Shown: piece after piece, positions 9,371 through 17,162 of the stretch
How positions within the stretch are numbered: the stretch's first letter is position 1
Layout: the number at the start of each line of letters is the position of its first letter
IMG/VR virus record: IMGVR_UViG_3300031707_003496
Length of the DNA stretch: 20,000 nucleotides
Strand: one strand, 5' to 3'
From: an uncultured virus (IMG/VR IMGVR_UViG_3300031707_003496)
Taxonomy: Duplodnaviria > Heunggongvirae > Uroviricota > Caudoviricetes
Program-made: the position numbers and the translations under genes
The notes under the pieces: model-generated
Told to the model about the DNA's origin: nothing
The model's database searches: none
The model's input: the letters and a program-made list of their open reading frames with translations, nothing else

Positions 9371-10413
9371 CTGTCTTAGTAACTGGTAGCGGAGCGCCGG
9401 GGATCCAGGGAACAATCTATTCCTTAAAGAACAATTTTGATAAAAGGGACATCAGAATTATCGGAACAGATATCCGTGTTGACGTTGCCGGAGCGTATCT
9501 CTGCGACGCCTTTTACCAGATTACAAGGCCCGACAATCCGGAATATCTCGAGCAGTTATTATCAATCTGTGCCTGTGAAAACGTGGATGTTGTTATCCCG
9601 CAGAACACCGCCGAGTTATCAGTCCTGGCCAACAACAAGTCTTTGTTCCAGAACAACGGGACGGAAGTATTAGTATCGGACCCGAACAGTATTGCGGTAG
9701 CGAACAACAAATACCAGTTACTATTACTGGCAGAACAAAAAGGTATCCCGACCCCAAAGTTCTTCCAGGTAATGACGTTCGACCACTTAGAGAAGGCCGC
9801 GAAGGAACTTGGATGGCCAGAGAAACCGATTGTTGTTAAACCGCCAGCCTCAAACGGGATGCGGGGCGTTCGGATTATTGACGAATCGTTTGACCGCAAG
9901 AAACTATTCTACGAAGAGAAACCGACTACCCTTTATTTAAAAATGAACAACCTCTACGAAATCCTTCGCATGTCGTTCGCACCGTTACTGGTTATGGAAT
10001 ACTTACCGGGAAGCGAGTATACCGTAGACGTTTTAAAGACGGATGGATATTGCATCGTGCCAAGAAGACGCAACCGCATCCAGTCCGGTATTACCTTTTA
10101 CGGCACGGTTGAAAAGCGGGATGATATAATCCGATACTCCGAACGGTTAAGCAACGTACTGGGATTAGAGTATGCGTTCGGGTTCCAGTTCAAAGAAGAT
10201 CGGAATGGCGTTCCAAAACTTCTGGAATCAAACCCGAGAGTTCAGGGCACGATGGTACTATCAACCTTTGCCGATGCGAATATAATTTACGGTGCGGTGA
10301 AACAATCCCTCAACGAACCTATCCCAGAATTTCACGTTGACTGGAACACCAAGATACTCCGGTACTGGGGTGGACTGGGAATTAAAAATGGGAAGATTAT
10401 AGGGCAGTTGTGA
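9358..10413 (+). CDS. ATP-grasp domain ligase (CPS large-subunit-like / PylC-like family common in glycan loci)
   Basis: VLVTGSGAPG, NNKY, VVKPPASNGMRG, MEYLPGSEYTVD, LLESNPR. Confidence 0.88.
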   Translation: MDDITVLVTGSGAPGIQGTIYSLKNNFDKRDIRIIGTDIRVDVAGAYLCDAFYQITRPDNPEYLEQLLSICACENVDVVIPQNTAELSVLANNKSLFQNNGTEVLVSDPNSIAVANNKYQLLLLAEQKGIPTPKFFQVMTFDHLEKAAKELGWPEKPIVVKPPASNGMRGVRIIDESFDRKKLFYEEKPTTLYLKMNNLYEILRMSFAPLLVMEYLPGSEYTVDVLKTDGYCIVPRRRNRIQSGITFYGTVEKRDDIIRYSERLSNVLGLEYAFGFQFKEDRNGVPKLLESNPRVQGTMVLSTFADANIIYGAVKQSLNEPIPEFHVDWNTKILRYWGGLGIKNGKIIGQL

Positions 10414-11515
10414 ACGGACGGATACACGTATCACGTATTGCCCTGGCACCTTTCTGGAGTGCCGAGTTAGTATACGACGGATAATCTGCAAAACTCTTTT
10501 TCGGTAAGTTCATTATCCGTTCAAACTCTTTGGAAGATATCCCGAACTTCTTACAGACAAACGCCATATCTTCGTATTGCTGCTCAAGAGGATACGGTTG
10601 TTTCTGAAGTTCCAGTAACGCCTGGTCTCTTGTCATCTCGCCAGAACATATCAGGGAACTGAAATGCATCTTACGTTTATCGAACCCGAACTTCTTCGGA
10701 AGAATATATCCCTGGTAGAACCGGGTATAGATTGACTCGTAATGTTTACCGCCGTAATACTTCCACCCAAACCGGGTTTCAAGGACTTTCATAGCAGTCT
10801 GTTTATTATAGTCAGCGTAGTTTAAGAGACTGACAACTTTGTGCCGTTGCGAGTTCAGGTAATTCCCAACGGGTGAGATGCGGGGGAATGATGTGAGTTC
10901 GGTATGCCCGTACCGTTTATTAATGGATTCAATATACTTCCAGTCAAAGTGACCTTGTGACCAGGTGCGGGGCAGATGGGATTCCGTGCGGATGTTCCCC
11001 CCGTGAACAATATACTTTAAGTTATACTGGTCGGCGAGTTCATGGAAGAGTGCGTTGATAGCGTAATCGGTCGGCACTTCACAGTCGGGGACGGAAGCGT
11101 ACAGGAACGCTAACTGGATGTCACGGTATTCGTTCCAGTCAACCCGTTTGGTAATCAGGTCAATGTGGAGTTTCTCGGTAATCTTCTTAATGTTCTCAAC
11201 AGAGATCGGATCGTTATACTCATTGTCGAGGTGGAAGGCAAGCGGAGACAACCCGTGTTCTTTACAGAGATAAGCCACGTAAGAACTATCCACTCCACCA
11301 GATATCCCAATCAGACAATCATACTTCTGACCTTTCGGAACCGAACCTTTAATGTCACGGGCAAGTTGCACCATCTTCTTCTCGCCCTCTTTCCCGGAGA
11401 AGACAAGAGTTTTAATTGCGGTGTCATAACTATGGCAATGATTACAAACGCCTTTTTCATCGAAGACAATCTCCGGGTCAGTCGTATCCATTACACATCT
11501 CGTACAGGTTTGCAT
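10397..11515 (-). CDS. N-acetyl sugar amidotransferase (WbpG/WbuX/PseA-like, PP-loop)
   Basis: CTRCVMDTTDPEIVFDEKGVCNHC, YDCLIGISGGVDSSY (PP-loop), YGGKHYES, GFDKRK. ATG 11515 is preferred over GTG 11548 because a TATA box lies between them. Confidence 0.92.
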   Translation of the reverse strand: MQTCTRCVMDTTDPEIVFDEKGVCNHCHSYDTAIKTLVFSGKEGEKKMVQLARDIKGSVPKGQKYDCLIGISGGVDSSYVAYLCKEHGLSPLAFHLDNEYNDPISVENIKKITEKLHIDLITKRVDWNEYRDIQLAFLYASVPDCEVPTDYAINALFHELADQYNLKYIVHGGNIRTESHLPRTWSQGHFDWKYIESINKRYGHTELTSFPRISPVGNYLNSQRHKVVSLLNYADYNKQTAMKVLETRFGWKYYGGKHYESIYTRFYQGYILPKKFGFDKRKMHFSSLICSGEMTRDQALLELQKQPYPLEQQYEDMAFVCKKFGISSKEFERIMNLPKKSFADYPSYTNSALQKGARAIRDTCIRPFTTAL

Positions 11516-11537
11516 GATAGAATGTTTGTGCGGGGTA

Positions 11538-11552
11538 TATTTAAACACTTCG
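11538..11552 (-). promoter_or_regulatory. Archaeal BRE/TATA promoter for the amidotransferase (probably leaderless)
   Basis: The minus strand reads cgaagtg-TTTAAATA, with the box (11545-11538) ending 22 nt before ATG 11515. Confidence 0.65.
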
Positions 11553-11580
11553 ATTTAACTACGATAACCACCATTACTAC

Positions 11581-11594
11581 AAACCATTATATAC
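11581..11594 (+). promoter_or_regulatory. Archaeal BRE/TATA promoter for the zinc-finger / structural operon (probably leaderless)
   Basis: aaacca-TTATATAC, ending 23 nt before ATG 11618. Confidence 0.6.
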
Positions 11595-11617
11595 TCGTTC
11601 TACCTACTACCTTCCAT

Positions 11618-11725
11618 ATGTATTGTCATCACTGTGGTCACCGTTGGAACTATGGGGGCAAGAGTAAATATTATTGTACTTGTCCTCAATGTTTAAATAA
11701 GGTTAAAGTAAAAGGGAGGCGATGA
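11618..11725 (+). CDS. 35-aa CxxC...CPxC zinc-finger microprotein
   Basis: MYCHHCGHRWNYGGKSKYYCTCPQCLNKVKVKGRR. Preceded by a TATA box at the right spacing, and its stop overlaps the next ATG (ATGA). Confidence 0.75.
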   Translation: MYCHHCGHRWNYGGKSKYYCTCPQCLNKVKVKGRR

Positions 11726-12033
11726 ATATGAAGGTCTGGGTAATCAGCATCCTGCTCTTAATAATGATCTGTCTGGCAATCCCTTTTGTTACTGCGGAAA
11801 AAAAGATTGGAAAAGGCACACCGGCAAGTGTCGAGTTCAAATCCGATCCGTTAATCGGATTAAAGAAAGTCATCGGCATGGAAACCAGCAGTACGGTAGA
11901 TGTTGTTATTGACGGGAAGATGCTTGCAACAATCCCGGATAACTCTCCATTAGTTGACGTGCCTGTTACGGAAGAGTGTCTGGTCTATCAATACGGAACG
12001 CTCAACTGGTATAACTGTGAGGTCGGGATATGA
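11722..12033 (+). CDS. Small secreted protein of unknown function
   Basis: Signal peptide (KVWVISILLLIMICLAIPFVTA), upstream GGAGG, and ATGA coupling at both ends. Confidence 0.7.
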   Translation: MNMKVWVISILLLIMICLAIPFVTAEKKIGKGTPASVEFKSDPLIGLKKVIGMETSSTVDVVIDGKMLATIPDNSPLVDVPVTEECLVYQYGTLNWYNCEVGI

Positions 12034-13583
12034 AATGGCAGTTTATCCTAGTAGGTTTATTAATACTTATCAGCTCAGTGTCCGGGTTAGCGAACTATAG
12101 TTATATCTTTCCCGGGACGTATACCTGGACTGCATCTGCAAATATGTCCTACGCCTCAGCACAGATATCGGGTGGTGGGGGAAGCGGTATGGGCGGTAAG
12201 TATTACGATGCAAACAAAGGCAGTTGGGGTTTTGGGGGTTCAAAAGGAGACTACGGATATTATACAATGATTCCCGTAGTTTCCGGAACGGGGTATCCAA
12301 TCGTAGTTGGTGACGGCGGAATAGCGTCGTGGCCGAACGAGACCGGTGATTCCACAACTGTTTCACACCCCGGGAGTTTGTCGTCAGCCTTTGGGCACAC
12401 ACGGAATGGTGGGGCAGGTGGATTAGTAGGGAGTGGCGAAAGTCCTCAAAATGGAGGAGACGGGGTTTCAACCGGGATAACGGATCTTACCGGGATCATA
12501 GGAGCAGTATATGGCCCAGCAGAAGTTGGTGGGGGTAGTGTTCCCTACACGGGAGGAGCACCGGGTACTGGATACGGGTCAGGTGGTGGCGGAGCCGCAT
12601 GGAACCGAACACAGTATCTGTTAACGTATGGCGGTAAAGGTGGCGGGGGAATTGTAAACATCTGGGATATGAACGCATCAACGTATAATACCCCGCTCTA
12701 TACTGCCTCTTCAACCAGTGCCGGATATGGTACAGTAATAACCTTTACCGACGAATCATTAATCCACGATATTATGAACCTTACGTATAACTGGTCGTTT
12801 GGCGACGGGACGTTCTCAGATACGAAAGGAACGGTATCGCACGTCTATAGTAACTACGGTGTCTTTTCGACGAACCTGACCCTGGCCAGTGATGTATCAA
12901 CCCTGTACAATTATAAGAAAGATTATATCACGATAACCAACGTTCCGGTAACGGCGTGGTATACCCAGAAACTCGTGCGGTTGAAAATCGTTGACGGATA
13001 CGGTGCTCAACTGGAAGGCGCTAATATCTCTATCAGTTATATTTCAAGTACCTTACCCAGCCACGATATTGGATGGTTAACGAAATCGTTTGGTGTCAGC
13101 CAGTCTACTGCCGAGGCAATGACGAACAGTTCAGTTGCCATGCAAGGGTATACGGACATTGACGGGTCGTCGGTGTTTATGATGTTCCCGGCAATCCAGT
13201 ATGGGATAACGATAACGAATGTATCGGTGGGTTTATCGAAATACATTACGCTCAACCCGCAGGACACGGATTATGTAATCCAGTGCTTTTTACCGAACCA
13301 GGTCCCACAGACATCTGTCTTAACGCACTTGTATAATTCAACCTTATACGTAACCGAACCGAACGCATCGTTTATTGTCTGGAATATTATCTACCAGGAT
13401 ACCAGCGGGGATACAACCGCGTTGACGTGGAATATAACCTGCCTGACGAACGGGACGGAGATGCATACGAAAACCTGGGGGGCGATGGGTATCAACGATG
13501 TTGCTGCTGACAATTATACGTTCCCGTCAGAACCAAAAGGAATAGAGTATAAAGCTCTCTATGATGCAACAAGGACGGTGTGA
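12030..13583 (+). CDS. Secreted glycine-rich plus PKD-domain protein (adhesin / fibre-like)
   Basis: Signal peptide. Gly-rich domain (ISGGGGSG, GDGG, GYGSGGGGA, GGKGGGGIV) like those in phage tail-fibre proteins. PKD signature TFTDES...YNWSFGDG...HVYSNYGVF. About 16 N-x-S/T sequons by manual count. Confidence 0.8.
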   Translation: MKWQFILVGLLILISSVSGLANYSYIFPGTYTWTASANMSYASAQISGGGGSGMGGKYYDANKGSWGFGGSKGDYGYYTMIPVVSGTGYPIVVGDGGIASWPNETGDSTTVSHPGSLSSAFGHTRNGGAGGLVGSGESPQNGGDGVSTGITDLTGIIGAVYGPAEVGGGSVPYTGGAPGTGYGSGGGGAAWNRTQYLLTYGGKGGGGIVNIWDMNASTYNTPLYTASSTSAGYGTVITFTDESLIHDIMNLTYNWSFGDGTFSDTKGTVSHVYSNYGVFSTNLTLASDVSTLYNYKKDYITITNVPVTAWYTQKLVRLKIVDGYGAQLEGANISISYISSTLPSHDIGWLTKSFGVSQSTAEAMTNSSVAMQGYTDIDGSSVFMMFPAIQYGITITNVSVGLSKYITLNPQDTDYVIQCFLPNQVPQTSVLTHLYNSTLYVTEPNASFIVWNIIYQDTSGDTTALTWNITCLTNGTEMHTKTWGAMGINDVAADNYTFPSEPKGIEYKALYDATRTV

Positions 13584-13586
13584 GTT

Positions 13587-14396
13587 ATGGTTGTCGAGCA
13601 TATCTTAGTCAGCGGTGTTGTAATGACAAAAGGGTTGTTAGGGATCCTGATCTCGTTAGGTATCGAGAACTGGGTAACCGCAACCCAGGCGTATTATCTG
13701 TATAACTTAATCAGCGTAGCAATCATCCTGTTCATTGCAGCAATGAGTGGCCCGAGAAGTGAAGCTGCGTTTACGATTATCGTCCCGATCTTTGCCGGAA
13801 TCTTTATGTTCTTCGGATGGATGCGGTTAGCTACTCCGAGCCAGACACAAGGGTTATTTTATCTGGTAGTGATAATGGGAATGTTAGGAGTACTGATGTA
13901 TATGAACGACCAGAACCGACAGACATACGGGACAGTGGGACCGGGCAGTAAACTGTTTAACGTAGCGTTATTCATCGCATTGTTTACGGCGTCACTAACG
14001 GTAGTCAGCGGATTCTCAATCTTCCCCACCGCGTCAACACAACCGGTACAAGGAACCTGTGCAGTAGGTTTCACCTGCGATGCGTATAACAACATAGACT
14101 TTACGACGACCAGCAATTCGTTTAAAGGTGCAGCAGGTGATATCCAGGCGGGGTCAATGCTGACAGGTGCACTAGAGATGGCGTGGAAGATGACGTTAAT
14201 GGTGATTAGTATCTTAGTGGGTATCTTCGCATTCCCGTTAGTCCTGAACTCCGTAATGAACGGGATAGCGCCCGGGATAGTAGCATACCCGGCGTATATA
14301 CTAATCTTGGGATTACTGGAACTCGGCATCCTATTCATTTACATCATTGGGATATTAGACTTCTTCGGAAACAGATTAGCAGGGAGTACATTATGA
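13587..14396 (+). CDS. Multi-pass membrane protein of unknown function (about 6-7 TM)
   Basis: 269 aa with multiple long hydrophobic segments and an external loop carrying a Cys pair (CAVGFTC). Confidence 0.75.
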   Translation: MVVEHILVSGVVMTKGLLGILISLGIENWVTATQAYYLYNLISVAIILFIAAMSGPRSEAAFTIIVPIFAGIFMFFGWMRLATPSQTQGLFYLVVIMGMLGVLMYMNDQNRQTYGTVGPGSKLFNVALFIALFTASLTVVSGFSIFPTASTQPVQGTCAVGFTCDAYNNIDFTTTSNSFKGAAGDIQAGSMLTGALEMAWKMTLMVISILVGIFAFPLVLNSVMNGIAPGIVAYPAYILILGLLELGILFIYIIGILDFFGNRLAGSTL

Positions 14397-14650
14397 GTGC
14401 GGGTGGATTAGTTGGGTTATTTATGAACCTATTATTTTTCGCAGCGTTCTGGACAGTGTTAGGTATTGTTGTCGATAAGCTCGGGCAGATCTTTAACTTG
14501 ACGATCCAGTTTATGCCGACGTATCAGGACGCCGTCAACGGGTTTACGATGATGCAGACAATCTACGCAGCGTTACCGGTGATAGTGTTTATCGCCCTTG
14601 TAATAAACTATTTCGTACAGGAGAACAGTATGAGTAGTGGGGAGGTATAA
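14393..14650 (+). CDS. 85-aa two-helix hydrophobic protein (candidate virion/coat protein)
   Basis: Two hydrophobic helices separated by a short polar linker. ATGA coupling with the upstream gene. Confidence 0.7.
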   Translation: MSAGGLVGLFMNLLFFAAFWTVLGIVVDKLGQIFNLTIQFMPTYQDAVNGFTMMQTIYAALPVIVFIALVINYFVQENSMSSGEV

Positions 14651-14652
14651 TC

Positions 14653-14925
14653 ATGGCAACAACTATCGAGATGTATCTTGCGGGATTAGTATTAGCGACA
14701 AATACGTTTGTAATCCTTGTCCTGTTCTTCTTAGGCAATGTAGTGATCGGCCCGGTCATCTATCGTTTGGAACAGATCGTGACAGGCCCGCAGACTATTC
14801 CCATGTGGGATATGACATATATCATACCGAGCATCTGGGCGATATTGATAATTATGGAAATTATCTGTATTATTGCATTCTTCGTAGTCGCAGCTCGCAG
14901 AACAATTATCGACGATTTCTATTGA
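14653..14925 (+). CDS. 90-aa two-helix hydrophobic protein (candidate virion/coat protein)
   Basis: Same hairpin architecture as the upstream ORF. GGAGGT Shine-Dalgarno at 14641-14646. Confidence 0.7.
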   Translation: MATTIEMYLAGLVLATNTFVILVLFFLGNVVIGPVIYRLEQIVTGPQTIPMWDMTYIIPSIWAILIIMEIICIIAFFVVAARRTIIDDFY

Positions 14926-14930
14926 GGTGA
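14924..14930 (+). promoter_or_regulatory. Shine-Dalgarno site (GAGGTGA) for the HNH gene
   Basis: GAGGTGA lies 3 nt before ATG 14934. Confidence 0.6.
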
Positions 14931-14933
14931 ATT

Positions 14934-15782
14934 ATGAAAGGAAAACCTTTAACCCAAGAACATAAAGAAAAGATATCAAAATCCCATATCGGTTTACCAA
15001 GTCCGATGAAAGGGAAACATCAATCAATGGAAACAAAGATTAAAATTGGTATTGCAAACACGGGAAAAATCCGTTCAGAGGAATCACTTAAAAGGCAGAG
15101 CGAATCGCACCTTGGGAAAACACAATCAATAGAAACCCGCAATAAAAGAAGTATAACTATGACCGGAAAAAAGCATCCCAACCGTCCACACCCCGTATCA
15201 GATAAAACAAAAAAGAGACTTAGTGATATTAATATAGGAAAACGCCACTCAACGGAAACTAAAAAGAAAATAAGTGAATTACAAAAAGGAAAATGGTGTC
15301 TTGATAAAAATCCGAATTGGCAAGGGGGGACATCATTCTTCCCTTACTGCCCAAAGTTCAATGGGTCTCTAAAAGATAATGTCAGAGCCACTTTTGAATT
15401 CAAATGCCAATTCCCAGGATGCGAACTCACACAAGAAGAAACGGGAAGAAAGCACGAAGTTCACCATGTCTTTGCAGAGAAGATGACGTGCTGTGAACAA
15501 AATATTAAAGAAATGGATAGTGTGAGAAACCGATTACCAAAAGATGTAGCAATGTTTGGAGAACCCTCTTTCACCGAATTGGAAATTACTTATATTCGGA
15601 TGATGGTTCCATTATGTAAGAAGCATCATACAAAAGTTGGGCACGAACGCTGGGATTTACCTTATGAAGAAACCGTATATAGAAAATACTTCTCCGAGTT
15701 GATCATGAATAAATATGGGGGCAAATGTTGGAGAACACAAGAAGAAACAACGTCTTCATTATCTCAGGGGGTATTAGCATGA
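14934..15782 (+). CDS. NUMOD3-repeat HNH endonuclease (free-standing homing-endonuclease-like)
   Basis: Six NUMOD3-like repeats (e.g. KGKPLTQEHKEKISKSHIG, KRHSTETKKKISELQKG), then KNPNWQGG, YCPKFN, KCQFPGC, HEVHHV and VPLCKKHH. Confidence 0.85.
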   Translation: MKGKPLTQEHKEKISKSHIGLPSPMKGKHQSMETKIKIGIANTGKIRSEESLKRQSESHLGKTQSIETRNKRSITMTGKKHPNRPHPVSDKTKKRLSDINIGKRHSTETKKKISELQKGKWCLDKNPNWQGGTSFFPYCPKFNGSLKDNVRATFEFKCQFPGCELTQEETGRKHEVHHVFAEKMTCCEQNIKEMDSVRNRLPKDVAMFGEPSFTELEITYIRMMVPLCKKHHTKVGHERWDLPYEETVYRKYFSELIMNKYGGKCWRTQEETTSSLSQGVLA

Positions 15783-17158
15783 CTTCTATTAACTATAAAC
15801 TCGGATTGGTAGTACTGATTGCGGTTATCCTGTTGGTTGTTGTACCGGCGAATGCTGCGTATCTCTATAACAAAACCGTTAACGTTACTGGTTCAGCAGG
15901 ATCGGTGGCAAGATACCAGTTCGGGATAACTCTGCATAACACTACCGGGACGGATAACATTTACGATTTATATCTTGGCGGGGATGTCCGGTCAGACTGG
16001 GCAGATGTGCAGGTAACGAATGCTGCCGAAACGAACCTATCGTTCGTTATCTTTAACCAGACGGCAACCTCCGCGAAACTCTGGTGGAATGATGTTAACG
16101 TTGGTACAGGTCAAACACAATATCTTGTTAAGTATGGAGCATCCGGGCAGAGTACATCCTTTGCGAACGGATATGCAACCTTCCCATTATTCGATGACTT
16201 CCCCGGTACAACTCTCAACACAACCCAGTGGACAGGGCATGGGTCGAGATACACGATTGCGAATGGTTGTTTTACTATCTCAGGTCAGACTACTGGTTGG
16301 AATATTGACGGTATAGAATCAAAACAACTCTTTAACCGGAACACCAACCCGATTACCATTAACTTCAAATTTAAGGATAGTACCAGCGCTGATAAAATGA
16401 TCGGGTCTGGTACATGGGATTTTGAAACGTATACTGCCCTGTATATAGAAAATGAAATAACGGCAGATATGTTCATGGGTGGCGACTATGTACAAATAAT
16501 TCCACGGTTCGTAGTAAATTCCCTCTATACTACCGAAATCAAATTATCTCCATCAGGTATCTGGAATGCAACTACGTATAATTCAACGTGGACAAACACA
16601 GTAACCGGAGCGGCCTATGGTGCAAACAACCAGGGAGTAATCGTAGATGCAAATGCAGGTGGAGGAGCAATTGATATAGATTATATCTATGTCAGGAATT
16701 ATACCGGGTATAATGTTGCAGAACCGTATATTTCAGCAGTTGGAGCAGGGGCTGGTATAGAAGCACCAGTAGCATTTGGAAATTGTACACCGATAGGTGG
16801 ATATTTACCAATATCTGTAACCTGTACGGATTTATCTACCAACACTCCAACGGCGTGGTATTGGGTATTTAGCGGAGATTTAGGGACGTTTTATTCATCC
16901 AGTCGCAACCCGACGTTTGACTTACCCTCCGGAGGTTGGGATCCCGAATGTTCACACATTCCTTCCACATGCTATAAATATATGGATATATATTTATCTG
17001 CATCAAACTCCGCCGGGTCTGACGTATGGGATGTAAATGATTATGCGTTGTATCAACCAACAGAGCCAACCCCGACACCCACTCCGACCCCAACACCAAC
17101 CCCCACCCCCGGTCCAGCACCAATTGCCCATTTCTATATGAATGTAACGGGGGTGTAA
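15779..17158 (+). CDS. Secreted DUF2341-domain plus PKD-domain protein with Pro-Thr tail
   Basis: Signal peptide from ATG 15779 (GGGGGT upstream, ATGA overlap). DUF2341-like RSDWADVQVT...AKLWW...YLVKYG...ANGYATFPLFDDF. PKD TCTDLSTNTPTAWYW. Pro-Thr repeat near the C-terminus. Confidence 0.8.
   Translation: MTSINYKLGLVVLIAVILLVVVPANAAYLYNKTVNVTGSAGSVARYQFGITLHNTTGTDNIYDLYLGGDVRSDWADVQVTNAAETNLSFVIFNQTATSAKLWWNDVNVGTGQTQYLVKYGASGQSTSFANGYATFPLFDDFPGTTLNTTQWTGHGSRYTIANGCFTISGQTTGWNIDGIESKQLFNRNTNPITINFKFKDSTSADKMIGSGTWDFETYTALYIENEITADMFMGGDYVQIIPRFVVNSLYTTEIKLSPSGIWNATTYNSTWTNTVTGAAYGANNQGVIVDANAGGGAIDIDYIYVRNYTGYNVAEPYISAVGAGAGIEAPVAFGNCTPIGGYLPISVTCTDLSTNTPTAWYWVFSGDLGTFYSSSRNPTFDLPSGGWDPECSHIPSTCYKYMDIYLSASNSAGSDVWDVNDYALYQPTEPTPTPTPTPTPTPTPGPAPIAHFYMNVTGV
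16766..17050 (+). repeat. Duplicated Cys-containing PKD module, copy 1 (copy 2 at 19713-20000)
   Basis: Near-identical core ggatatttaccaatatc-gtaac-tgtacggatttatctac-aacac-cc-acggcgtggtattgggtatttag-gga shared with 19713-20000. Confidence 0.9.
17066..17110 (+). repeat. Pro-Thr dipeptide repeat (degenerate 6-bp tandem repeat)
   Basis: ccaaccccgacacccactccgaccccaacaccaacccccaccccc encodes PTPTPTPTPTPTPTP. Confidence 0.9.
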
Positions 17159-17162
17159 GAGT

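Noticed and set aside
9358..10413. Pyrrolysine biosynthesis PylC or carbamoyl-phosphate synthase CarB
   Set aside because: Single ATP-grasp domain only, no pylB/pylD/pylS or carA nearby, and the context is a glycan locus.
846..11515. Viral DNA hypermodification cluster (glycosyltransferases plus radical SAM)
   Set aside because: The membrane-bound GtrB-like enzyme, polytopic membrane protein and flippase point to lipid-linked surface glycans. No nucleotide kinase, hydroxymethylase or TET/JBP gene was seen. It cannot be excluded for individual soluble enzymes.
11165..11725. 186-aa plus-strand ORF from the track
   Set aside because: Mostly antisense to the amidotransferase and runs across the promoter region. 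Only the last 35 codons (from ATG 11618) look like a real protein.
17066..17110. CRISPR array or Borg-type perfect tandem repeat
   Set aside because: It is a codon-degenerate Pro-Thr linker. No repeat-spacer structure or perfect long tandem repeats were seen anywhere in the window.
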